From assembly GCF_032062105.1 (NCBI RefSeq), contig NW_026935468.1:1-64000 (forward strand): 64,000 nt of DNA. The letters run 5' to 3'. The notes under the pieces were generated by a model. That model searched no databases, had not been told where the DNA came from, and was given only the letters and a program-made list of their open reading frames with translations. Position numbers and translations under genes: made by a program. This document shows, one piece after another, positions 35,932 to 48,700 of the stretch (position 1 is its first letter; every line of letters starts with the position of its first letter). The DNA comes from Saccostrea cucullata. Taxonomy: Eukaryota.

Positions 35932-37729
35932 ATGGCCAACTTACAGCCTCTAAAAAATCACATAAACTTTGTTCACAATGACCAGATTTGGTAAGTAAAT
36001 TGTGTATAATTTATTAATAATAATAATAGTATGTTTATATATATATTCTTATGTATGTTTTGATTTTTAAAAAATATCTTTTATTGATTGACATTTACAA
36101 TATAATACATTTTCTATGTAATCTGGATAATTCCTCCAGTTTTGTTCTACTAGATTTTCAAACCAAAAAACAAGATGTGTTTGTGAAACACTATGCGCCC
36201 GACGACAACAAAATTCCAAAAAATTATTTCTAGCAGATAGTAAATATAAAATCTCTATCTCCTTCGCTTCAAAAGTTATGGCGAAAATTCGAAAAATCTA
36301 TTTTTAGTATATAGGTCAAACTCAAGGTCACAAGGTCATTGACCTTGGTGTCATTTGAAAGAACTTAATTAGCGGAGTATGCATATCAAATATGAAGTCT
36401 CTACCTGTCATGGTTCAAAAGTTATGGCGAAGGTTAAAGTTGACAACAGACAGACAGACAAACAGCTAAACATATAAACAGACAAACAGATAAACAGACA
36501 GGACAAAAACAATATACGCTTCGGATCTATCGATTAGGGCGCATAAAAAAGAGAGAGACTATGTAGATGAATTGATGTGCTTTTTGTGCATTTAATCCCA
36601 TCAAAAAAGTTCACTCTAGTCACTTATCTTTCGTAATCTTAGCGAATTCTTTCATTTCTTTTTAAGATTTAATTTGAAACTTTTTACGAACTCGACAGAA
36701 TCCACTTGTAGCTGTAACATCGATTCTTTCATTTCATATGCGCTTTGTATTTCTTTCCTTTTATTATTCACTTATTGATACATCTGACAATCAACCTTCT
36801 TAGATGATGACTGGACAAAGGAATAATAACCAAAGAGAGAAACTAATTCGATTTTTTTAAATATAAAATTTCGGGCTACGAATTTGGTCCAAAAATGTAA
36901 AGGTTTGTTTTCTAGAGCGAAAATAAACCTCAACGGCCGAGTTTTAAAATAAACTTTCGGGCTAAGAATTTGGCTAAAAAAATGTAAAGGTTTGTTTGCT
37001 AGAGAGAAAAAAACCTCATTGGCAAAGTTTTAAACAAAAAAGAAAATTCCGTTCTGTTCCAAACTAACATTTTTATAGCATAAAATAAACTATTTGTCTC
37101 AAATATGGTAGAAAAACATGCTTTCATATTTCAATTTTACACTGAAGGCTGGGAACTTTCCAGCAACATTATTTTCAATGTATATTTCTTTGTTCACTAT
37201 CATGCACTTATTTTCTGTGTAAATGCAGAAAATATAAAACCGTTTAGTCGTTTACATTTTTGCAATCTTGCTATAAAATAAATATAAAGGTTAGATTACT
37301 TGAACGCCATTCATATAAAAAAAAAGTTAAGTTAACGGTAGATTACTTCAGTTTTTCAAAAATAAAATGAAAAACTTTTTATCGTATATTTTGGTGGATA
37401 AATTGAAATAGTTTTAATTTTAAAGACAAAAAACCAATTCTAACGTTTAATGGTTGGTTCCCAATACTTGTTAATTTTTACACATGTCTAGATCTATGAA
37501 ATCTGAAAAAGATCAACTCATACAACCAAATGTTAACGGTTTGTATAAACTGTACATGAAAGATTGTTTCCTGTGCCATTTGCAATTTTCAACCTTCCAT
37601 ATCAATACTGTTACCTGAGCGCATCGCAACGTAACAACAACAATGTTATCTCATAAAGGAGGCAAAGTGAGAAATAGGATGCAGAATCGATTTTGAAAGG
37701 GGGAAAGAGGAAGAAAATTCAACTTACCT

Positions 37730-37767
<38 letters not shown>

Positions 37768-40286
37768 ACAATGTGGCTAGGAAAAAAGCAGAAATCAGTT
37801 TATTATTGAAAAGTTTAAACCCAATAGTGGTCCCAACCAATCCTTAAAAGGGAGAGGGTATGACCTGAACAAACTTGAATCTACACTAAGGATGCTTGCA
37901 TATTTCTTTGACTACCTGTGGCTTTATTGCCCTTTACATTTGAACTTACATTGTGGCCCCGCCCTACCCCCCAGGGGTCAGGACTTGAACAAAATTGAAT
38001 CTACACTACCTGAGAATGCCTCCATATAAATAGGACTAATCATGGCTTTGCTATTCTTGAAAAGAAGATTTTAAAAGATTTTTTCTACGTTTCTAATGTA
38101 AAACTTGGATTTGATTTTGTGGCCCGGCCCTACCCCAAGGGGTCATGATTTGAACAAAATTGAAAGTCTACTACCTGAGGATGCTTCCATAAATATATGA
38201 TCATTCATGTCTTTGCTATTCTTGAGAAGTAGATTTTTAAAGAATTTCCCTATATATTTCTATGTAAAACTTTGATCGGCCATTGAAGCCCCGCCCAACC
38301 CCCAGGGGCCATGGTTCGAACAAACTTGAATCTCCACTACCTGAGGATGCTTTCATAAAAATATGATCATTCATGCCTTTGCTATTCTCGAGAAGATTTT
38401 TAAAGAATTTCCCTAGTATATATTTCAATGGAAAACTTTGATCAACCATTGTGGCCCCACCCTACCCCCAGGGGTCATGATTTGAACAAACCTGAATCTA
38501 GACTACCTGAGGAAGCTTCCATATAAATATGATCATTCATGCCTTTGCTATATTCTTTAGAAGAAGATTTTTAAAGAATTTTCATATATATTTCATTGTA
38601 AAACTTTGGCCATTATGGCCCAGCCCTACCCCTGGGGGTCATGATTTGAGCAAACCTGAATCTACACGACCTGAGGATGCTTCCCTATAAGTTTCATCCT
38701 TCCTGGCACAGTGGTTCTTGAGAAGAAGATTTTTAAAGAATTTTCGTATATATTCCTATGTAAAACTTTGATCGGCCATTGTTTATATTCCTGGCACAGT
38801 GGTAAGAACATATAATTTTCACTGATTATCTCCCCATTGTGGAATCCCCCTTACCTAAGGATACCTTTGGCTCGAAAAGAAAAGTTGAGACAACTAGAAA
38901 AGCTTTGAGCCTTTGGCTCAGGTGAGCTAAAAAGCTTTGACCCCCCCCCCTTTCAAAAAAAGGAAAAACAATCTCCAAACTCGGAGATCCTGTTTCGGTT
39001 GAGGTCGGGTTGTAGGTTACAACTTTTTTTTAAACTTAATTTGTTACTATATTACCATAACACTACACTATAATACATGAATTCGATCATGCAAGCAAAA
39101 ATTGTTTTTAACCTTTGTCAATTGGCAGCTTTTAAAAATAAACTTTCTGCACATTCTATTTATTTAACTGAATAAGTATGAAGAACCTAGTTCATGTACT
39201 GAATTAACAATTCTTAAGTATTCTATCTTAAAATTAAATTGGTTGTCAGAAGCTCTGCCATTTCCAGAAGACTGTGTTAGTCATAATATCCTTTTTATAG
39301 ATCAAAACCTTTGTGTTTTGGGTTTTCTGAATTCTCCCAATCTTTAGCTAAACCTTTGTTCTGAGTCCTGGGAATGCATTGTAAATACAGTGAAACCCTG
39401 TTTTTTGGTTTTTTTTTTATTTATACAAAATTTTATTCACATATTAAGTGAATGGGATTGGGCAGCAGGCGAAGCCTATTTTAGCCCTCTCCCTGTTACC
39501 CTGTTATCTCATACATCAATATCTTTAAAACCCTGGATATGTTGAAGTAATTTGGAAGTCAGAATCAATTTTCCGTTAATACATGTACATATTTCAATAC
39601 AATCATCTCAAATCCTAATGCAACTTTTTTTCAGTCCCATCAAGTTTAAAATATCTAAGAATAACTGTAAATGTACAGTCAAACTTAATGATAATAAAAG
39701 AAAAAACATTTTAAAAAATCCCCCATTAGCTCTGAAATATATTCAAAAGATTACACATTATAAAACATGACTGAATTCTTCTACCAGGAAAGATCATATT
39801 AGGCATGAAATAACATCTCAGAGGAAAAAATGGCCAGAAAGATGGGGATATTTAGTGCAAGAATACAGAATTGTAAGTGTTTTTAAATCTATATATTCTA
39901 TCTGGTTGTACTGAAGTAAGAAGAATTATACAAAAACAAAATTCTTGATATCAATTTATAATATACAAATTCTTTATTTTGAATTATCAATTCACGAATT
40001 TCATTGACAATCATTACAGTTGAACAGACAGCTAATGGGTCAGGAAGTGAGACCCAAATCAAATAGAGGCAGTAGATCTTCAACACCAGGTCTAAAACTC
40101 CCTCCAATCTACCCCTCACTGCGCCCAAAGGGGTTCCCAGTCACCACTTCACAACAGATTGGCTGGAAGTCTGCCAGGAAAGAATGTCAGCTGGAAATCT
40201 ATGGGCGCTATGGCCCAGGGCCCAAGTCCAGGGGCCAGAATGGAATTCTGAAACTGTTGAAGTGGCCCCAGGAAGGCTCTCCTTAA
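35932..40286 (+). CDS. CIMIP1: C20orf85/CIMIP1-like ciliary microtubule inner protein, 3 exons, ~136 aa
   Basis: Exons 35932-35990, 39788-39872, 40020-40286 splice in frame to MANLQPLKNHINFVHNDQIWKDHIRHE..KWPERWGYL..PVTTSQQIGWKS..LKWPQEGSP. This matches the recalled C20orf85 motifs DEIWK, WPQNWGFL, PQTTQGFIGWRS and WPKQG. Confidence 0.78.
36168..36550 (+). mobile_element. Short Helentron-like (HINE/pearl-type) element
   Basis: AAACAAGATGTGTTTGTGAAACACTATGCGCCC start; CAAGGTCA core; (GACA/AACA)n microsatellite; GGGCGCATA end inverted relative to the start. Confidence 0.7.
36868..37030. repeat. ~87-bp direct repeat, 2 copies
   Basis: TTTCGGGCTA.GAATTTGG..AAAAATGTAAAGGTTTGTTT.CTAGAG.GAAAA..AACCTCA at ~36869 and ~36955. 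Confidence 0.8.
37733..38933 (+). mobile_element. Helentron-like element carrying ~5-6 copies of a ~167-bp satellite monomer (resembles the oyster Cg170/HindIII satellite)
   Basis: AAACAAGAGGCCCATGGGCCACATCGCTCACCTGA start; TGAGCCTTTGGCTCAGGTGAGCTAAAA end; CCCTACCCC..GGGGTCATGATTTGAACAAA..TGAATCTACACTACCTGAGGATGCTTCC units near 37960, 38128, 38295, 38460, 38625. Lies in CIMIP1 intron 1. Confidence 0.82.
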
Positions 40287-40536
40287 TTTAAATTCCATTT
40301 CGAATATTTATAAAATTTTTATGAAAAGATTTTTTTGTCCATACTTCCTGGTTTGTTTACATGTATTTAGAATATTTTATCAAAATAATCAGATTGTACA
40401 ATAAGAGGAATGTGATTGAAATAGCAATTTGTGATATGTAACAATGTTATTAATCATGCAATAAAAGTTGATCAGTCACCAGCACACCCTTAGCCACTTG
40501 ATTTATTTTTTTAACTGTCACACATAGCCCCGCCCC

Positions 40537-43097
40537 CTATCTCTCCTCCTCCTCAGAACTGTTCTCTTCACTCTCTTCATACACCGCTATGTGCCTTCTG
40601 TTGGCATTGACCACAGTTAATTCCCCTTCTTCATCTTCGTCATCACTAGGGGGCAGCATGTCAGCTGGAATTCCCTCATCTGCATTGTTCTCCTTTAGCA
40701 CAAATTCTGCCGGCCTATAGAAATGGAATTGCATCATTTTATATGACATTAAAATTAATCTTAAAACTGCAGATTGAGTAAATAAAATAAAATTTTCCAA
40801 GTTTTTTTTTTAAAGCACACAGATGCAATTTATAAAACAATTTTAAGGAAATTATATCTCTTATAATGTTTTGCTTGAATTACATACTGTATATACTCGC
40901 CTATAAGTTGGTCCGCGTGTAAGTTGGTTGTATTTTATAAGCTTATATATCAGAGGGACCGACCTCATATATTACCATTCTTTTCATAGCTTTCCTGTAA
41001 GTCAAACAAAGACTTTTGGACCACAGATTAACTCCCAAAAAACGATTTATAGGCGAGTATATACGGTAATTCCAGCAAAGAAAGTGAATTAATAATTGAA
41101 ATGCAAATACATGTAGTTTTAGCATACTCTGCAATGTTAAAATTTGACAGAATTCAATCACTTTTTTGAGAGTTTTCGAGGGACTAATAGTCATTAATGC
41201 TAGTAAGAGCTATCTCTCTTATCAGATGGTTAATAAACCTTAATAATTCTGAACTATTCCAGATAAATTATTCCTTGTCAGCTTACCATTTTCCCTCTTC
41301 CTGGATATACTTTATTTGCTCTTTATAAAGTATAGCTGCAATTTCTGCCTTCACCTTTTCACCTTCTTGGATCGGCTCAATAAGTACATAGTCTCCTAGA
41401 TAACAAACAGAATTTTTTTAGGTCTGACAGCATCGTCTCATACTACAATCCAGAATCCACTAGGCTACTTGCTAATGTTTGATGTTAAACCCCTAGAAAA
41501 ACCATTATTAACATCTGCTGCACCTTGGTTGACAATACACATGGATTTCTTAGGTGAAGATTTTCAAATTAACCCTAAACTATATACAATACTTTATGTC
41601 ATATTGCAATATATTTCTATTTGTGATAACTCTTTGAAGGTTAGGTGAGTTGATTTCTTAATAATTCAACTAGAACGTAAATTTCGCCAAGTGAAAGATC
41701 AGGAGCTAAGGAAGCCTAATAGGCTAATATGCATGTGCAGCTGTCTTTGTCTTTGGCATCAATGGCGGTGACTGTTCAAATTGACATGGGAGGCCTCATG
41801 TAATTTAAATCTAGCTATCAGACAACATTTTTCAGACCTAAATTTTCAAGTTTATTTCACAATGAAATGGAAATATAAGGGATCACTGTCTAGTTTGTTG
41901 GGTATGCCGGGGACATCAAAGATAGATGGAAAAATGGGATAATTTATGCAAAACAGATTTCTCTTGTTATGCAATTATCCCAGTGGCACGTTCTAACTAT
42001 CATTAATGTCTTACGCATAACAGGCTTCTAGCTTGTAACATGAGCTTTGATTGGTTACAAAGTCAGGTGTAAAATTCCATACACCTGGCTTCAGTCGGGG
42101 GTAAAAAAAATATGTCACAATGCATAGTTTCTCTATGATAAAAAGGAAATAACATGACATCACTATATACATTATAGGATGTGAGTTTTATAAGAACTCT
42201 ACTACATGTAACTAGACAGTGCTTCCTTTATACATTCAACAACACACAATAAATTTCTTTCTCATGCAACAACATCAGCAACAACATGCAACACTTACAG
42301 CCAGTATAGAAGAGGATTGTATATTTTGGTAATTAAATGGTAATTAATTTCATCATTACATGTTTCTTTCTGATCTTATTATTAATATCCAATATCATGA
42401 ATATGTGAAATTTTCATTATTAAGTGATAAATATAATAAAAATTACTTTTAATATAGTTTTTAACATTAAGAAAAGGTATTAAAGTGTGCAAGAACAAAC
42501 TAGACAGAAGATAAATACCTCTTTTGATCCAGACATTTTTCCTGAATCGTGTTGGCATGCTGACAAGGAAACGCTCATTTTGGGCAGTTTCTACTTCATG
42601 CAAGTTATTTCCCCTGCCAGCTGTCACCTGTAAAATATTATATCATTATTTTATTTCTGTTCTATATTTTTTGCAATTATGTATTATATCAATTTAGTAA
42701 AAATTTAAACAGTGCCCCCCTCCCCTAGTAACTGAGAACTGAGGTCATCTTCAAATAAAAAAAAGTTTGCCAGTCCCCTCTTGACTCAAAATAAGAAAAA
42801 AATCTGGTAGGTAGGGTGATAAATATGATGTTAAAATAGTTATTATTCAGATGAGAAAAGTTTGAATTAAAAAAAAAAATCTGAAGGTTAAAATGACCTT
42901 CGAGTTGGGTCCCTTTTAAATTGTCAGTGGGTAGGGGAAGGCAAACAAACAAGTTTTAAAGATTGCCTGAGTGACTCAAATTTAAAAGCTGAATGTGTCG
43001 TAGAACATACCCTGACAATTTGTTGATCTTCTGTTGGCAGAACAAACTCATCTAGGACTTCCTTTGTGACATGTTTTCTCTTTGTGGCTTTAGACAT
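40537..43097 (-). CDS. EIF1AD: Probable RNA-binding protein EIF1AD, 4 coding exons
   Basis: Exons ~43097-43011, 42627-42519, 41395-41288, 40714-40537: [83 protein letters not shown], acidic tail. Confidence 0.95.
40885..41068. mobile_element. pogo/Tigger-like MITE in an EIF1AD intron
   Basis: TACTGTATATACTCGCCTATAA ... TTATAGGCGAGTATATACGGTA, TA-flanked. Confidence 0.8.
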
Positions 43098-43876
43098 CTT
43101 AATAACTCATCTGAAATTTCATCACATTTGCATCATCATTTTGACAAAATCCAATCTTATCCTACCAAATATTGTATAGGTAGGAACAAAGTACATGTAT
43201 TTCTTTTTTATTTCTTTATATTTCTTCTTTTTATGAATTTTTCCTGATTCGTCTATGCATAAAGACTAAGTGTATAAATAGCACTGATGTGTTAAATATC
43301 AACAAGTATGACATATTAATCACATATGGGATATATGAATACAAATAATGATTTTTACATATCAACATGTTCAAAGAACATGTCAAAAAACAGTTGTCAG
43401 AGGAATTTCGAGTTAAAAGCATTTAATAGAGTGTTTTTCTTTACTCTGTCTCTACCGTACAATACCTTAAAACTGGAATCGACGATAGGAAGATTTCAAT
43501 CCAAGTATCAAACCAATGATTACAATTTTTCTGTCACAGTCAGTCGTGTGGCGAAATTCGAGTGTAATTTACACGAGATCGGAAATATATTTGAATCCCG
43601 AGCTCGATTTTATTACCATAGGGATTAGAAAGGGGGGGGGGGTTAATAATAATATCATATCAGGATTTTTACATAAATTCTGCTTATTTTGCTGAGAGTT
43701 TCAAATTATTTGTGAAAGATATTTTAAGTAACTCGAGAGAAAATACGATTTTCAATACAATTACATGTACTGGTCTACATAAATCACGTATTTTAAAAAT
43801 CTTACATGTACATATAGCAGAATTAATGGTGGCATATTTCTTTTGCATGTGAAAGTAATTTATCTTGCATTTAGGG

Positions 43877-44685
43877 TAGGGATGTCAAAATATTTATTTT
43901 CCTTAGTCGAACATGTTGCATTATTGAGAGTTTCAAATTACTTTCATCGATAGCATTTTCATAAATCAAAAACCCTTTTCGTAAATTTATGTAAAAAGTA
44001 ACATCAAATGCCTATACTGTGTGTTAAGGCACCGATATTCAGACGAACCTTAAGTTGGGATAAGATGTAGAAGTTAAATATAGATTTACACAGCAATTGA
44101 TTCTCCAAAATGTATTAATTTCGTAAATCACATTCAAAAATTGGTCTGTACATTCTTTCGTTCTAGTACGCTTATAGAATTGTCAGCAGTGTTTTCAAAG
44201 CTTATTTAAAATAAATTGGAAAGGGGGAGGATATTACTGTTCTAATAATTATCGAAGTTTCAAAACTTCACGGTTGTGCTGTGTTCCTATTGTATAATCT
44301 AAATATTCAAAAAGGTAATGAATAAATTTATATTTGGTACAAGTCCAATTAATAATTTTCAAAGTCCAATAAAGCGCTGCATCATTTACTATAATAACAA
44401 AAAGGTCAGTAATTACGAAATAATTATCGCGGTATGTTTTACTGTTATTTCCATGTAAACAATGTGGAGATTATTTAAATAGTTTGACTTTGTTTAAGCT
44501 CTTATTTGTCTGAGGACGTATACTATTAATGGTTGAGGAATGACGCTTTACAATTTTGAGTTGAAAATTCTTAAACACCTCCTTTTTTTGCATTAATTTT
44601 ATTAAATATTCGAATGTCGTTTTATTTGATCGTCGGTCCATTCGACTGAAAGTCGAATAGTCGACTATTCGTTGACATCCCTGTA
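43877..44685. mobile_element. hAT-type non-autonomous element
   Basis: TAGGGATGTCAA ... TTGACATCCCT(GT)A; 8-bp TSD ATTTAGGG at 43869-43876 and 44686-44693. Confidence 0.8.
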
Positions 44686-45760
44686 ATTTAGGGGCATAAA
44701 TATGCCACCATATAAATTGCTTTAAAATTGTTGCATTTACAGTAGATAAGCAATCATGATAACAGCAGTAAATTTAGGATAAAGAGGTTGAAAGTTCCAC
44801 TAAAAATTAACCTAAAGATGAATCCTGAATATTTCTGTAGATGACAGTCTGGGATATGCGACAGTTTTATTACACGTGTTATCATGTGTTATAGGTATAC
44901 ATTTCCACTTACAACTACAAGTACAATGATGTCGAAATAAATGTGTGCTGTAAATAATGATATAAAAAAGAAAAAAAAATGTTTGACATCGACGCATGTT
45001 CTTCTCGACATATTCGACTAGAATTAATACAGATATTTTCAGTAAATATAAGAATTAAGACTGTTATAGTCAAGAATGGGAAATAAAGACACGATCTAGC
45101 TAAGATCATTCAAAAAATACCTGAAAAAACCCCAATACCTGCCAGTCATCAAAGTGCATTATATGGTTAATTCATGCAAGTTATTGTATATATAATAATT
45201 TTTAAATTTTCAATCTGTCTTCAAATACCTTTAAAAAAGTACCAAATCATCATGATGTTCACTATTAAATAAAAAATGTTTTAATTCGCGTTTAAAACAG
45301 AAATTCCTTTGTTGTTGCGAGTTACAATGTAGTTGATATCAGGTCTCTTAATGGCTCACCAGATTCATTACCGAATTTCTTACTAAGACCATTTAAATTG
45401 ATTGGCCACCTTAACGTGCATTGCATACAGTTTATTGGAATGCAGTGCAGTGTATTTCAATACATTAAAGTGCAGTAATTTTTAATATATGAAAAATTAA
45501 TTTGCCTGCCAAAAAAAGATATTTATATATGTATTCATTTTCCTGGAGCATTCTATTTAAAAATAATACCCTCTCCCCTCTTTTCACTGGAAATTTTACG
45601 GGGAAACACTGGGGCTGGTGGGTCTGTCTGTGTTAACCCTGGTGAAGAATTTTATACAACTACTATTCAGAACAGGTGCTAGTAAACTGATCATTCTCAG
45701 CCAGATGTTAGAGTGTCAAGGTCACAGAGCGAGCTGGACAGAGTCGGAACCATACCTGGA

Positions 45761-48700
45761 ATGAAATCATTATTATTACTGCTGGCGATCACAGTCCAAG
45801 TGTGGACACAAGTTCCCAAAGGTAAAACATACAATGGATTTTTAATAATATTACAAAACAAAATCCATCTAATATCAAAGGAAGTATAAATTCTTTGAGA
45901 GATGATAACATTAAGAGAAAATATTTCTTCTAATGGAATTTATATCATTTGTCATCACCCAACGGCTGATTAACTCAAGAATAAAATTTCAACGAATGAA
46001 AATCATTTCTTTACGTAAAGGTGGCATATCAAACAAGTGCTATTGATATCATGATAAAATTTTATCTTCAATGAATAGAGATAGCAGTTTATAAATAGAA
46101 TATTAGGGCTATTATTTGTTACGTCCAATCACACATGTGTATGTCAACATGCTTTAATATTTTTATTGCTAGATAGGAATAATTGGTTTTATCAAGATTT
46201 TTTTTTGCCTTTCCAACTTGTTGCACAAAATATCTTGGTTGGATTATGTCTAATCAGGAAAAAATACAAAAAGTAGCTGAAGACAACCAATGTACAATTT
46301 TTTTTGTAAACATGACGAATGGATACATGTGCAGTATCATAAAATTCTCTATATTTAAGACCATTTTTTTTATTTTCGAAACAACCAGGTAAGTAGGTCA
46401 AATTTTTGAACTCTTCATGGAGTATACTCTTTATGCTAGGATGTGATGATCCAAGGTCACGTGAGCCTGAAAAAAAAAGAAAAAAAAATACCTCTAATTG
46501 ATGCACAATATGAAAACTATAATTTAAGACCATCTCATGCTTTGATCGAATAATTATTTTTTCCAGGATTTTTCACTTATAAATAATTTTGCGAAAATAT
46601 TCAGTTTTGGAAAAGAAACAAAGTTCCATTTATTTATTTTTTTTTCTTTACACAGGATGTAGGTCTAAGCTTGATATCGTGATCCTGCTGGACGCCTCCT
46701 ACAGCGAAGGGCAGGTAAACTTCAACAAACTATTGCAATTTGTGGAGAATTTTGTTAACCAATTCAATATAGGACCCGACTCTACCCAGATCAGCGTAGT
46801 CCCGTTTGCCACGTCAGTATACAACGCCTTCTCCTTAAATACACACTCAACCAAATCAAGTCTGATCAGCGCCATTCGAAACATACCTTACAAACCGGGG
46901 ACAACGTACATAGACAAGGCTCTCACGTATGTGGAAACTTCCTCATTCTTGCCTCGAAATGGAGGAAGATCTGATGCCGAAAAATTAGTTTTCCTTTTGA
47001 CATATGGCCATTGGTCCAATCAAGCTAAAACCACGTATGTATTTTTTGAAAAAAAAAAATGAAATTATTATTAAAACGGCCTTACGTGATAAATTTTCAT
47101 TTTTCTCCTCTTCAAACGCATATCATTCAAATAAGGTTATATCAAATCTAAAGTGTTTAAAAATAATCTATTTCTTGGAGCATAAACCTTATTTCAAGCT
47201 TGGTTTTGATTGCAGATCCGAAGCCCAACGATTGCACTTTTCTGGTGTTGAGGTTTTTGCTGTTGGTATTGGTAGATATGTTTCTAATTTTGAGCTAGAA
47301 TCCATTGCTAGCGATTATACCAATGTGTTCCAAGTACAGACTTTCGATGAGCTGGACACCATCCAAAGTCAACTGACCAACGCGGCATGTCAACAGGCGG
47401 CCTTACGTAAGCTCTTTGTTGACTCAAAGTTCTTGAAGTAAAAGCTCTATTTTGTCACCAACACAGTTTTTTTAAAGGAAAAATAATAAGTATTTTATGT
47501 TTACATGTACCTCAATATTCTTTTAAATTCAGATTGTCAATCAACAGTTGCAGACATTGTGTTTGCCTTAGACTCTTCTTCCAGTTTTTCAACCATAGAC
47601 TATTCCAAACAGTTGCTTTTCATCAAACACCTTATAAGACAATACGACGTGGGATCAAATGAAACCCAATTTAGTGTAGTGTCTTTTGACTCAAGAGTCC
47701 ATGTGGAATTCCCATTGAATAGCTATAAATCGAAAACACAAGTTCTTGGGGCCATTTCTAATATCACGTATCATTATGCCTATGGATCGACAAACGCTAG
47801 TGAGGCTCTAAAATACATCGCCAGCAACAGCTTTACGTCCACCAATGGCGGTCGAGCAGGAGTAGAACGCTGGGTTATTGTTATCACAGACGGAACATAT
47901 TCATATTCACCAGCTCCCGCAACATCCGCAACATCGGCCGCAACAGATAAACTTCATAAAATGGGGGTTGGGGTCATTTCCATTGGCGTAGGAAGCCGAA
48001 GCAACATGGAGGAGTTGCAAGCTTTGGCTACTGACCCACATCATGTTTTTAAATTGGACACTTACGATGATCTTTTCTCAGTGATGACAAACATAGAATC
48101 AAGAACTTGTGATTTTAATGGTATTTTTATGTTCATTCACATTTTCAACTAAGGCATTTAATTTTGATGGCATGTCAAATTACCATACTAGAGCATATGT
48201 TTTCAATTTTGTTTCTTTTTTTATTTGCGTTATAGCTTGCCATGGTAATAAGGCAGATATTGTGTTTCTTCTGGATTCCTCTGCTAGTGAAGGAAGCGAC
48301 AATTTTAATTACCAACTTCAGTTTCTTCAAAACTTAACTTTAAAGTTTGACATCGGACCTGAAGCTCTTCAGATCGCTCTGGCAACATTTTCCACCAAAC
48401 CATATGGTCATTTTTGGCTTGATACATACCAAAATAAAACAGATCTTATGAATGCCATCGGCAACATCCCATACATTCCTGGAAGCACATACACCGACCT
48501 TGGTCTAAAGTTTGCGCTGGTAAGTCCAATGGATCCTTTTTGTATCTTGTAAATGGAAGAGAAATCAAAAACTGATATTATAGTTCATTTCAGAATGAAA
48601 GTTTCAGTTCTGCCAATGGAGCTCGAGATGAAAGCATACCTAAGATATTGGTAGTATTAACAGACGGACAATCTACCGATCCAATGGCGACAGCTTTAAT

